Shown: piece after piece, positions 12,400 to 25,339 of the stretch
Position numbering within the stretch: position 1 is the stretch's first letter
How the letters are laid out: every line of letters starts with the position of its first letter
NCBI RefSeq assembly: GCF_020745735.1
Contig: NC_083409.1
Coordinates: 14,541,873-14,605,872 of the forward strand
Origin: Hemiscyllium ocellatum
Lineage: Eukaryota
DNA length: 64,000 nucleotides
Direction of reading: 5' to 3'
The notes under the pieces: generated by a model
Told to the model about the DNA's origin: nothing
Seen by the model: the letters and a program-made list of their open reading frames with translations, nothing else
Database searches by the model: none
Made by a program: the position numbers and the translations under genes

Positions 12400-14460
12400 C
12401 ACTTTGCAACCAAGACTCAGACTACATTTCCCAGAGTCATCCTGAGTCCAACTGGCTATCTGCAGCCAGCCAGAACACTCACTCTCCTTCCTCACCCATC
12501 CACCTCCACTTCTCCCTCTTCACCTCATCCCCACCTTCCCACTCCCCCACCTCACTCCACAACCCATCTCTGCCCCAATCTCTTTTCTTTCCCACGCCCT
12601 TTCCTTGTGCTCTACCACAATCAACCCTCACCCACCACATGCCATCAACCTTCCCCCTCCCCTCCTTCAGCCAACTTGGGTCCCTGCGAAAGCCTCACCC
12701 CTGAGCCTTGCCCTACATTTACTATCACCCCACCCCCGACCTCGAACTCTCTGAGGCCAAAATGTCTATCCTCAGGAAAGGGCTCACAGTCATTCCCGCC
12801 TGATTCCATCTCAACGAAACCTGCACTCACCAGGACGTGGAGCTTTTCTTCTGCCACCTCTACCTCCGTGTCTTCTCCTTTAACAAAAACTCCCAACCTC
12901 CCTCTGAGGACCTCTCCTCCCACCTCCAACCTTCCTCCTCCACTTGGTCACCCCTCCAGACGTGTACACATCCTAAACCTCTTCACGGCTGACCAGCCAC
13001 CTCAATTTCTCCACCATCCCCCACCACCCCCCACCCTCTCCAACCACAGCCCCGCTGAAGGTGCAGTGCTCCACTCTCTCTGCACCAACCCCTAGTTCAC
13101 CATCAAACCCGCTGACAAAGGTGGAGCGATGGTAGTCTGGAGAACGGACCTCGATGTGCCAGCGGCCAATCGCCAACTCTCCAACACCACGTCCTACCTT
13201 CTCCTTGCCCATGATCCCATCGTGACCCATCAGGCCAAAATCACTCGCACTGTAAGTGTCCTCATTACCTCCAGTGATCTCCCATCCACTGCATCTAATC
13301 GCATAGTCCCCCAGCCCAGCAATGCCCAGTTATACCTGCTCCAAAAGATCCACAAACCCAACTACCCTGGCTGACCTATCGTCCCAGCATGGTCCTGCTC
13401 CACCGACCTCCTCTCACCCTATCTGGACTCCACCTTCTCCTCCTTGGTTCAGGCACTTCCCACCTACATCCACTACACCAACCACACCCTCCATCTCTTC
13501 AGTAACCTTCAGTTTTCTAGCCTCGAGTGCTTCATCTTCGCGATTGATGTACAGACCTTATATATGTCTATACCTAATAAGGATGGCCTCCAGGCCCTCC
13601 ACCTCTTCCTCTCCAACAGACCCATTCAGTCCACCTCCACCAATATCCTCCTCTGCCTCGCTGAACTAGTCCTCACTATCAACAACGTTCCCTTTAAGTC
13701 TTCCTTCCTCCAAATCCAGGGAGTGGCCATGGGCACCCGGATGGGCCCCAGCCATGCCTGCCTTTTTAGCAGCTATGTTGAACAGTCCCTCTTTAGTGCC
13801 TACACAGGCACAGTGCCCCAACTCTTCTGCTGTTACATTGATGACTGCATCATGGAGTGTCCTGCTTCCAGGCTGAACTGGAGCAGTTCATTGACTTCGC
13901 TCACAACTTTCCCCCCACCCTCAAATTGATTTGGTCCATCTCGGACACCTTCCTTCCCTTTCTTGACCTCTCCATTCCCATCTCTGGTGACAGTGTTCAG
14001 ACAGACATTTACTACAAACCAAAAGACTCCCATTACTACCTGAACTACACCTCTGCCCACCGAGTATCCTGCAAGAAATCCATCCCATTCTCCCAATTCC
14101 TCTGCTTCTGCCCAATCTGCTTGGATGAGGAGACATTCCAGTGATCACAGGCGTCCACCTATTTCGAACAACATGCTTTTCCTCCTTCTGTCATCCACTG
14201 CACCATCTCCATTTCCCATTCTATTGCTCTCAAACCACCCCCTCCAAACGCAATAAAGACAGAGTCCCCAGTGTCCTCACCTACCACCCCACCAATCTCC
14301 GTATCCAACGCATCATCCTTAAACACTTCTGCTAACTCCAACTAGACCAGACCACCAAGACCATCTTTCTCTTCCCACCCCTGGCTGCCTTCCACAAGGA
14401 CTATTCCTTTTGACAATTTTTGGTTTGCGTCACTCTCCCACCAACCCTCCCGAACCCCGA
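12400..14460 (+). mobile_element. Penelope-like retroelement reverse transcriptase remnant
   Basis: Motifs IKPADKGGAMVVW, IDVQTLYMSIP, QIQGVAMGTRMGPSHACLF and YIDDCI across frameshifted ORFs 13129-14144. Confidence 0.9.
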
Positions 14461-15984
14461 AATTGGTTTGGTTTATATTTTCTCAATTGTATTTAGGTTT
14501 GATGATGTGATTCGGGAACAATGATTCCAATTCAATATTTCATGTGGCAGCAGATCTACTGAAGGCCATGCTTTCATTTGGAGGTTGCCCAGGTTTCTGT
14601 CCAGGCTGATGCAGTATGGTCTACAGTGCTGCTCCTATTGGGCTAATCCATCACACACGAGGGAATCTGACAGACACTTTCTCTTTGTGCTGGCAAAGGG
14701 AGAGATTTGTTTACACTGTAATTGCGGCCAAAGAAATTAGTCAGTGGATGTAATTTCAGCTGAATATAATGTTCTGATGTTCATGTTGGGATTAACCTCT
14801 ACAGTTCCCACTTGCCTTTACACCAACAGTGGGGCAGGAAGTCACCATGCAGTGGTCTCCTGGCTCACACTGAGAAATCAAGTTGATGGCAAAACTGCAG
14901 AGAGCAAGGCAATGGCTTGGACTCACCGAACAACCAGAGGCTTCAGCCAACAACTGGGTCACAGGCAAATGGAGTGTTGTGTAAACTCTCAGTATCTCAG
15001 GGAACAAACACAACTTTTGAGCTACAAAATGGTACAGAATTTTTTTTGAAAATTGGTGTTCCAAAAATAAAATCCAATCACAATAAAAACTGAGTACAAT
15101 CTCATTACAAAGACGACAGCATTTTCTTTGAAAGCTGGACGATAATGAGATGAGAATTCAAACAAATACCCACTCCACCCCATCATAACACATTTGCAAG
15201 CCTCAAAAAATACGGAAGGAGAGGGAAACATTACAAACTATATGACCACGAGTGAGGATCCATTAAAAACTAGGACCATGATGTTAAATGCTCCCAGTCA
15301 GAAATAACACTGATGCATTCACATCATTAGTTTGTTAAATGATGTTAAAACGTCTGCCAACCACTTTCATGAAGACGGAGTATTTAAATCTCAAGAGGCG
15401 TTGATGACTATTTTCCAGTATCATAGCAAGGAAGCAGCAGCAGACATGTGAACTCTAACAAACTAATGATAACAGGCACTGAATACAGAGCTGGCTCCTG
15501 AGAGAAATAAAATCAACAGCCGAGGCGTGTCCAGTGCTGGGAGCATTTTAGACGACACAGTTTGTTGCCAGCAAGTTACTGCAGTTTGAAAACTCCAGTA
15601 TGGTCAGAAAGAGAAAAAAGGACAATGTGCAGATTGTTGAACAGGCCCCTACACCTGGGCCTGAGGCAGGAGCCCAAGCTCCAACACACTGGCCTCACTT
15701 CACACCAACCTTCACACAGTGCGGGATCATGAACTCCGGCTATCAATCCCTCTGGGACAGGGACGGAGGGAGGGAACATAGACAATTGTAGAGGAGTCAA
15801 TAAGGAGTAAAGCAAGATGGGGAGGGTGTGTTGGAAAGGGGTGAGAGGAGGAAATATACTTTGTGCCACTTAGTTCTGACATCGTCTATGTGTATCACAT
15901 AATGAACATAACAGCACACTGTGAAGACAAACAAAAGTATTTTTCTTATCCAGGGGACATTTTCATTGTGGTGTGATAAAAAAT

Positions 15985-16192
15985 GAGGTCTGCAGATGCT
16001 GGAGATCACAGCTGAAAATGTGTTGCTGGTTAAAGCACAGCAGGTTAGGCAGCATCCAAGGAATAGAAAATTCGAAGTTTCGGGCATAAGCCTTCATCAG
16101 GATCCTGATGAAGGGCTTATGCCCGAAACGTCAAATTTCCTGTTCCTTGGATGCTGCCTAACCTGCTGTGCTTTAACCAGCAACACATTTTC
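15985..16192. mobile_element. Penelope-derived near-perfect hairpin with two opposed hammerhead cores
   Basis: ~89-bp arms (16014-16192) centred on GATC 16101-16104; CTGATGA-AGGGCTTATGCCC-GAAACGTC at 16105-16132 and a mirror copy on the minus strand. Confidence 0.9.
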
Positions 16193-16243
16193 CGCTCCAA
16201 GCAAAGTACCAGTTTATTTTTTACTGATCAGGGACAATGAAGC

Positions 16244-16262
16244 AGCTGCCCTCTAGTGGCGA
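16244..16262. promoter_or_regulatory. Candidate CTCF site
   Basis: AGCTGCCCTCTAGTGGCGA matches the CTCF core (GCCCTCTAGTGG). Confidence 0.55.
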
Positions 16263-19200
16263 GAGAGCGCTCGCACTGCTGCTGAGGATTATGGGTAAAG
16301 TCCCCTTCCATTCGCGCCCACACACACCAGCAGCCACTTCAGCTGCTTTATTGAAAACCACAAGCTTTCAAGGGGCTGTTCTTTCAACGGTGGAACTGGA
16401 CACATGATCAAATGAGTTAGGGGCAGATGAAGGAGATTCATCCTCTTGAGCCTGCTCCCCATGGCTGACCTGATTATTCCATATTCTTGCCTCACTCCGA
16501 TAGATTCTTGATAAGCAATGGCTATCTACTTCTTCACTACCAGCATTCAGAGGTTTCATTTCTGTTTGATGAAGCGTTCCAAAGATCTATGACCTTCTGC
16601 AAGAAAACAAAACCTGCTTATCTAGGTCTTAAATGAAGAAACTTATTTTAGTTTTATATTCTCCCTGAAAAGAAAGCATTCTTTTCACATCCACACTGTA
16701 TTCTATGCTCATGTTGATATGACATCTGCTTTAATCAGCTGCTCTCCCATGAGAACAGATGCTTATCCTGCCACCTTCAGTGACTGATGCACATAAATAT
16801 CCAGGTCCTACTGCTCCTACAACCATCCATACTTTTACCCTTTTGTTTGTTTTGTCCTTCCAAAATGAATTAGTGACGTCTCTTTCCATTAAATTCTATC
16901 TGCGACCATCTGCTCATTCCATTAACTTACCGATACCCTTTTTGAAGTTCGACACTATCTTCTACATGAGCCGTAATAGATCCAAGTTTCATACCATCAG
17001 CAAATTTTAAAACTATACCTTGTGCACTCAGGTTAACATAGATTTAAATATTTTAAATAATTTTTAAAATAAACAATTTTATAAACTATTGTAAACGAAG
17101 ACTCAAATTTATTGCCCATCTCTAGTTGCTCGGACTGAGTTCTGAGCCAGATCATGGGGCCGTTAAGAATGAATCACGTCACTGTGTGGGACTGGAGTCA
17201 CAGACCGGGTGATGACTGGGTTCCCTTGTCCAAACTACATTCATGAACATGACATTGAGTTTCATGGGTTTTTTTTTGTTTTGATCCCAGCGCCTTCCTT
17301 CCCAGATATTACATGGCTCACCACCGCCCTCTCCAGGACAATTTGGGTTGAGCCACTTTTGTGCCCACCCATCCCAGGAGAAATCAAAATAAACAAGGTA
17401 CACTTCAAATGATCAAACTGGTGAGGTTTGAATTCATCTCTTTGAAAAACTGGAGCCTAGGCTGGAAATAGAGCCATGACATGGGTGACCCTGGTTTGTC
17501 AGACTGAAAGGTGGAGTGTCCTTCGGATTGACACTGGGATCAGACACAAAATGAATTACACTCAAAGACCGAACACACGGCTATCAAAGCGGGTCACCAA
17601 ACTGCAAAGAGCAGCAACTTATCTGGGAGACCTCAACAGGTATCAGTGGGTGTAAGAGCATTAGGCAGGCAAGTGTCAGATATTGATGAACACACCAGAA
17701 GCACAGTCACACAGAAAGGGAAGCTATTGGGATAGAGCAGGGAAATGGGGCAAACTGAATTTCTCCACTGAGAGCTGGAAGGGGTTTTCCCGGTTGTAAC
17801 TCCTCTGAGAACGATAAAGGTTGAAGTGCTGCTTATATTATAGACAACACTGCAAGAAAGGATGCCGAGTGACATATCTCCTTTAAATTGGAAACGATAT
17901 CAGAAACATAAAGGTTAATGTGATTTTGGATTGAATATTGAGAGTGAGGAGATGGAGGGGAGAGTGACCATGGCAGCTGTCCTGAAGAATGGTTAGGTCA
18001 TGTCCAGAATGTGGTGTACAGTTAGGGGCTGCTTTGAGGGACAATACATAATGGGACAGGGACAGGAGATCTCGAGTCACAAGGTTTTATTTTGAGATAT
18101 AGAATTCTTTACACAGAAGGTGGTAAGAACTTGCAATTTCCTGCACAGCCTGTTAAAACAAAACCTATCCATGTTTTATTCTCTGGTGGGACATGAGCAC
18201 TGCTGGCTGGCCAGCATTTCCTGCCTGTCCCTCATTTTCTTTGAACGTGGTGAGGAGCTGCCTTCCTGAACCAGCTGCAGCCATGTGCTGTTGGTAGACC
18301 CAGAATGCCCTGAGGGAGAGAATTCACTGATAATAACCCAGTGACAGTGAAGGAACAGGGATATATTTCTTAGTCAGGACGATGAACTGTTTGGGGAAAA
18401 CCCTGCAGGTGATGTGTGTACTATTTTATGTGTGTGCTATTTTCCCATGTGTGTACTATTTTAAAAGGGATTTAATAACCTGAAAAAGAGGAATAATAAA
18501 GGGAAAGTAATGCGAGAAAGCATTCAACTGGATGGTGATGGATTAATTATTGCGGTGACTTTTTGGGCAGAGTTGGCTGTTCTTGTCCAGCAGCAACATT
18601 CTCCATGGTAACGCCTCATTGCATTCCAAAAGAACACGCTTAAACCTCAAAGGTCTGACCTTACACAAAGACAGTGCTAATTATTGACAGATTTTATGAC
18701 TTTTTAAAATATCAGCCTTGGCTAAGTTGGTAGAACTCCTTCCATGGAGTCAGAAAGGTTTGGCTTCATTCCACTCTAAGGTGGGTCAACAACGATCTCA
18801 CCCATCAGTGACCGAACTGCTGGGGAGCTCCTTTTGGTTCCTGGGAAGGTCCGCAGTTGGGAGCGAGCAGAGCAATGCTTGTTGGAGACAGGGCTCTCAC
18901 TGGAGACCTTGGCTTATTATGGAATCCCAGACTAGATGCAACTAAAGGCAGGTGTGGGTCATGGGAGAGGTGGCAGTTTAACATGAGGACATCATCTGAA
19001 GCTCGGTCCCTTGATTGGACACATTGTGGAAGGTCAAGCCGATTTAATCCCTGAGCTGCCATTAAATCAGGATAGATTCAGGAATTTAGTGATCAATTGG
19101 TTCCTCAGTCTACTTTACATCGTCTGATGGTGGCTAGGAATTCCAGTTCACTCCTTCTATCCTGATATTCATTGGGAGAATATTTGCTGCCACTGGGGGA

Positions 19201-20269
19201 ATTGAAATGGGCCACTTGAATGATTAAGTTTGCCTAGAGTCATGCTTCAACTGTGTTACATCTAGGCCAAAGTGTAAAAATCAAAACTGATGTTTCATTT
19301 ACAAAACTGTGAGAAAATGTGCAGGTTAGGTGGATTGGCCGTGCCAAGTTACTCATTATGCCCAAGAGATGTGCAGGTTAGCAAATGGAAAATGCAGCGT
19401 TACGAGGATAGGGTAGGGGAGGTAAGAATATAGGTGGGATGGTCTTCAAAGGGTCGGTATGAGCTTGCTGGGCTGTGTGGCCTGCTTCCACTCTGTAGGA
19501 ATCCTTCGATTCTATCATTCTATGAGGGCCAGAACAGGATCTCGACAGTGGAGGGAGGGTATTCTGATGTTCAAAAATTCTTAAACAAAGAAACACTGTA
19601 AATATAGATTTACTATCAGTGCAGACAAACTGAAAGGCAAAATGACATATTCTCCAGTCATATACCAGGTACAGAAAAGAGATCAGGAAAAATATTTTGA
19701 TGCTTTGATGCTATTTTGGAACTTAATGATGAATGATGATAAACTGAGTGCTCCATACAAAAAAAGACAGAATTACTTTTTAAAATTTCACCAGGCCTGA
19801 AGCAAAAGAGGAAATCAGGATCAAATAGTCATTTGAGAATATAGTACTTGAGTGAGACAAAACCCTTCTTGTGAAAACATTTCATTTGGCCTTGCTTTCT
19901 CTCCATGGATGCTGCCTGACCCGCTGGGATCTCCATTCTTTTGCTGTGCTATTTCTTACAAAATGTCTTGTTGTGTGCAAGACAAAAGCTTTGGCAAAAT
20001 GTCTTTTTTTTTTCAGCAACACTTGAATTTGGATCAGTTTGGAGAGAAAGCAGGGCCATGGAATCATCTTTCCCTGCAGGGAGGGAGGGGGTGTGTGTGG
20101 AATCTCCCATGGGCAGGGTTCTCCTGGCTGCCACAACATCAGGAAGGCTGGAGCTTGATGATTGAGCTGAATGGACAGGGCTCACTCTCACAGTCCTCCG
20201 GGCCATGGAGTCTCTTGTGATGGGAGCATCTGCTTGGTCTCAGGGCAAACAATGACATTGCAGTGGGAT

Positions 20270-21135
20270 TGGAAATGGGACAACTCGACAATGGATGCTG
20301 TACAATGGCTGCACTGACTCTTCCTCTCTGCCTGATCCTTCCCCACACACAGGTGAAGCTGCATTAGGAACCTGTTCTAAAGGGCTACAACCCACTGCAG
20401 CACTCCCGACCTGCAAAAAGAAGAACACTTCTACAAAGACTTTGCCAAGAGCAGATATTCCCGCAAATTCATCCACAGATGCCTAACAGACAAACAACAT
20501 GATGGGGACATGCCACGACCTAACTCACTAGCCATGCTACCTTATATAAAAACATCACAGAACTGAAAGCTAGACTTCACCAACCATTCATAAACTGCCC
20601 AGAAACTAACAGCCATATTCAGACAACTCACAAGAACAAAAGGCCCAATACCATGTGGAAGACAGATGTAACTTACAAGAATCCATGCAACGTTTGCACG
20701 AAACACCTCGGACAAACAGGCAGACAACTAGCCATCCGCATCCATGAACACCAAAGAGCCACTAAACCCCATGAGCAGCTGTCCCGAGTAGCTATACACA
20801 CAGATGACAAGGACCACAAATTCGATTGGGCCAACACTATGATCATAGGGCGAGCTCAACAGAGGGCAGCCAGAGAATTTATGGAGGCATGACACTTATC
20901 CATGGGCTCCATCAATAAACACATTGACCTAGACCCACTATACCGACCACTGCAATGAACATCAGGAACCAGTAACTGGAAACAGCAAGAATGGAACCAA
21001 ATAAATTCCAGAAGACACAGCACAACAGCACTTCACAGGAAGCTCCAAAGCTCTGAAGATGTCACCGAGACAGGGGACAAAATGTCTACAAATCAACTTC
21101 CCAGCTTGGTGAGCATACCCACAACTACAGCAAGA
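20270..21135 (+). mobile_element. Penelope-like element 3' part (GIY-YIG endonuclease remnant plus pseudo-LTR)
   Basis: ORF 20653-20892 reads TYKNPCNVCTKHLGQTGRQLAIRIHEH, a degenerate YIGQTGR motif. Confidence 0.85.
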
Positions 21136-22816
21136 GTGAGGGGTTTTCCTGTCCTATTGTGCTCTCCAAATCCTTACCTGCCCTCCTCATTGTCATACCC
21201 TCCTGCCCCTTCCGACACATGGAATTGGACTGCCTGTTCCTGAGACTTATAAAATCTTTCTGGAACAAAGTCTCCAGGTATCTCTGCACCTCCCTGATGT
21301 GTCACCAATACTTTCAACTCAGCCTCCAGTCCAAACACCCTGTGTGGGGGTTGTTGTAGATTTATGCATTCACTACAGATGTATTTAACCTGAGTCACTT
21401 TAACTCAATAAAGAAATGTTGATCCCATTTACAAATGGAAGATACCCATCCCTCTATGAAACCAGTAATCGTCTTCAGTATCTGAATTAAAGTTTTCATG
21501 CTTTCCATTTATTGACCTTCCCAAATGGGGGTATCCCGAAGCCCGAAGCAATACGAGATGACATGAGGATATAGACGGGCTGGAGGGTCAGATGGGCTGA
21601 TCAGTAACAAGTGTAATTCATTCAGATAAATGTGAGTCAGTGGACTGAGCTCTCCCTGACCATGTGAGTGAGGTGAGGGCAGAGTGACAGCACTTGACAC
21701 CAAGGCCTCTTTGATGGTGTGTGGCATCAAGGAGCCCGAGCAATGCAGCAGCTTTTCACCTACTATTCCAGGAAAGGGATCAACATCTGGATCCCTCTGA
21801 GCAACTCCTGGGAATTCTGTCATCCCAAAGGGACACATCCTCCTCCTCAGTTCACACAAACAGCAGCAAGTCAGCCACACACTGTCCAAACTGTTTGGGG
21901 GAGCTGACCTGAACTCTCACAGCCCTGTGCCATGCTCTGCTGGAAGATGGAGGGACTATTGGGGAGCCCTTGGCACAGACAGCTCCATCAATATTGTTGG
22001 TCTTTAAACATGAAGGTGAACTTTTCCTGGTCATAAGTCCTCCCTGCCCCGATATGGACCAGAACATGTTCAAAATGACCAACTGTGTAATGACCCACTG
22101 CTAGTCCGACAGCAATGAGCCATTCTGCTCTGAACACTCCCTGAGTGAGCTCACTCCATTATGTTCAGACACATTGCCATTGAGTGCCCAGAAAGCCCAC
22201 CCTTACACTCCAGAGTTTTGGTAGCCCTCCCATCACAGAGTTCCCCTGTGAACCCCTTCAGTTCGTTCTCCACTGGAGAGGGCTGGTCCAAGTGGGTTTG
22301 ATGGACGAATGAGATATAACGGGGTCTACTCGATATGTTCCCTGTTCCCCATCCACACACATACGGACACAGGCTCTTCCCCATTCACTGTACACAATCA
22401 GGCATAGGTATTCAGGATGGGTACTGCCCCTTCAGAGCACCAATATGGTGGATGGAGGGTTATGGAGTGAAAGGTTCCCTCCCCACTCTGGGTTTGGACC
22501 TTCCCCATCTACACTCTGAGTTCAGCTTACTCTCAGCATCATTCTTCAATCTTTCTGAACTCCAACACACCTTCCTTCTTTCCTCCATTTATTGGGGATG
22601 ATTTTCTCAGGGCCCTGCATTCCTGCTGAAAGTGCCCCTTCTGTCCCTAACTGTAGTATTGCCCTCCTGCTCCCGGGACCCCATTGCCCTCTCTATTCTC
22701 CCCCTCGTGTTCTGTGCCTTGAGGGTGGAGGGTTTCAATTCACACACCCTTTCCCTGAGGCTTCAGCTCGGGCCATTTCCAAAGCACACAGAGACAGAGA
22801 CTGAACCTTCTTCATC

Positions 22817-22822
22817 TTTATT
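22817..22822 (-). terminator. Candidate polyadenylation signal of the intact C-kappa exon
   Basis: AATAAA on minus ~630 nt after the stop; the aligned position in the pseudogene copy reads AAGAAA (~9797). Confidence 0.5.
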
Positions 22823-23114
22823 CCCTTTTCCAGATTGACATTGACAGAAAACAGACTGCAATTAACAGCCCAGACAGAGGAAGCTGCACAAATTCACAGC
22901 CACAATGGAGCTTGAGGAAAACACTTGTATGGATTTTCTCAATAACATGATAATCTTGCCCTTTAAACTGTGACAAAACCTTAAGGTGGAACTGGTGGCT
23001 GAGCAGGAAGATCTGGTTTACTGAAGCAGAGACTTCTGAGGTTCACATTGTTTTATACAGCTGACAGTCTTCAATATCTTTGAAAGGTTATGCTTGGTAT
23101 TACAAGTCAGCACC

Positions 23115-23330
23115 ATCCCCATCAAACAGTCTCCTGGACAGGGACAGAATAGGGTTAGATGCAGAGTATTGCCCTTTCCATATGGTTCCCATGAAAGACA
23201 CCCATGACAGGGACAGGATAAGATACAGAATAAAGCTGTCTCCACACAGTCCTCTTCAAAAACTCCCAGGACAGGGACAGCACTTGGTTGGGTACAGAGT
23301 GAAGCTCTCTCTACAGTGTCACAGTAACCT
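23115..23330 (+). repeat. ~65-bp tandem repeat (GGACAGGGACAG...GGTTAGATACAGAGTAAAGCT-like), about three degenerate units in the C-kappa 3' region
   Basis: GACAGGGACAG recurs at ~23136, ~23206 and ~23270 with similar following sequence. Confidence 0.7.
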
Positions 23331-23450
23331 GCCTTAACTCCTGAACCTCAGAAGTGTCCCTGAGGCCAGTTCTGGCAATGATCTTTGCCCTGCCAGCTCA
23401 GCCCTGTCCTATTTAAAGTTGTGTCTCCTCTGTGGACTGTCTCAAACACG

Positions 23451-23779
23451 CTACACACACTCTGATCTCCTGATGCTCTTGCTGAGGGGAGAGGAGAGGG
23501 TCACGTGGGTGAGGGCACAGGAGAAGCGAGCGTTGGACTCCCAGTCAGACCCAGAGAGGGTCAGCAGGCTGCTGACACTGTAGGTGCTGTCCGAAGCTCG
23601 CAGGTAGTTGCTGGTCTGAACCCCGTCCGAAATGACTGCACCGTCCTTCTTCCACTGCACCTCCAGCTCACCGGGATAGAAGTGGTTGGCAAGGCACACC
23701 AGGGTGGCAGTGCCCTTGGCATTGACCTGCTCCGGGGAGGGAGGCAGCAGGGTCAGCTTGGGCTGAGAGTTCTCACGGC
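23451..23779 (-). CDS. IGKC: Immunoglobulin kappa-type (NS4-like) light-chain constant exon, intact
   Basis: Polypyrimidine tract and AG acceptor at 23781-23780; open 329-nt exon (G)RENSQPKLTLLPPSPEQVNAKGTATLVCLANHFYPGELEVQWKKDG...FSCALTHVTLSSPLSKSIRRSECV*, with both Ig-fold cysteines, the core Trp and the terminal interchain Cys. Confidence 0.95.
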
Positions 23780-25339
23780 CTGAAAGGCAAGAGAAACAAT
23801 TTTAATCCCTGCCATTTGAAGGGATTTCAGCTCTTCAGACATTAACTGGCAAAAGCATCATTTTGAACTTTTGTATCCAATACCTAGCAAACCCAACAAA
23901 AGGATGGACATTTATTAAAATTATTTTTTAATGGTGGACATTGAAGCCCCCCACCCAGAGTACATTCTGTGCCCTCACCACCCTCAGAGCTTCCTCCAAG
24001 TGCTGTTCAACATGGAGGAGAGACTGACTCATCAGCCGAGGGAGGACAGTACGTGGTCATCAGCCAGAGGTTTCACAGAATCAGAGAATCATACAGTGTA
24101 GAAGAGGTCCCTCATCTGATCATGTCTGTCCCACCAAGGCAAAACTAAATCTACTCTCCATCCACTTTCCAGAACTGGGCCCAAAGCATTGAATGTTCGG
24201 ATATTTCAGGTGCTCATCCAGGTATTTTTTAAACGGTTGTGAGGTTTCCCACCTCAACTACCCTCCCAGGCAATACATTCCAGACTCCCACATTCTCGGG
24301 GAAAAAGGTTTTCCTCAACTCTTCTCTAAAGCTCCTGTCTTTCACATTGAATGTGACCCAACTCATTATTGACCCTCCAACTAAGGGGAGCAGCTGCTTT
24401 CCATTCCCCCTGTCCATCTCCCACCTAACCTTATACACCTCTGTCAGAGCCCCACTCAACCTTCTCTGTTACAAAGAAAACAACCTGAGCCCCTCTTCAC
24501 ATTTGAGATGGTCCATCCCAGGAACTTCCTCTGCACCCCGTCCGGTGTAATCACATCCTTCCTATAGTGTGGTGACTGGAACTGCACACACTACTGCAGC
24601 TGTGGACTAACCAGTTTTGCCCAGCTCCAACATATCGTCCATGATCTTACAATCCGTGCCTGAAATGATAAAGACTGCACCACCATCACCACCTCTGCTG
24701 GGTCTGTCCTGCTGATATGCCCAGGGCATATCCAGGGATGGTGATGGTGGTGTCCAGGACATTGTCTGTAAGGTATGGTTCTGTGAGTGTGACTGTGACA
24801 GGCTGTTGCTTGACTAGTCTCTGAGACAGCTCTCCTGAATTTGGCACCAGCCCCCAGATGTTAGTAAGGAGGGTGAAACAGGGTAGACAGGGCTGTGCTT
24901 GATGTTGTTTCTGATGCCAAGATCGATGCCAGGTGGCCCATCAGGTTTCATTCTGTTTCTGAGACTTCCCAGCGATTGTTAGAATGGAGGGCCTTGCTCG
25001 GCCATTACAGAAGGTGGGTCACAGTTAACCTCATTGCTGTGGGTCTGGAGTCACGTGTAGGCCAGAAAATGTAAGGACGGCTGATTTTCTTCCCTAAAGG
25101 ACATCAGTCCTTTATCTCAATATCTCTTTAAAAAACCCCCAATCACTCACAGATCGGGAGAACTTCATCCGATTGGAGCAGACTGGGATCAACACACTCC
25201 AGGAAGGAGTCACGTTGAGTGTCCATGTAGAAGGTTCCATAGGGCTGAGGTCAAGGGTGGGGCTGCTTCTCATGACCCCATGACCCTTGGAAGATGGCAG
25301 TGCTCTGACAATGGGCAATGGTCAGGATCTGTAGACTGC

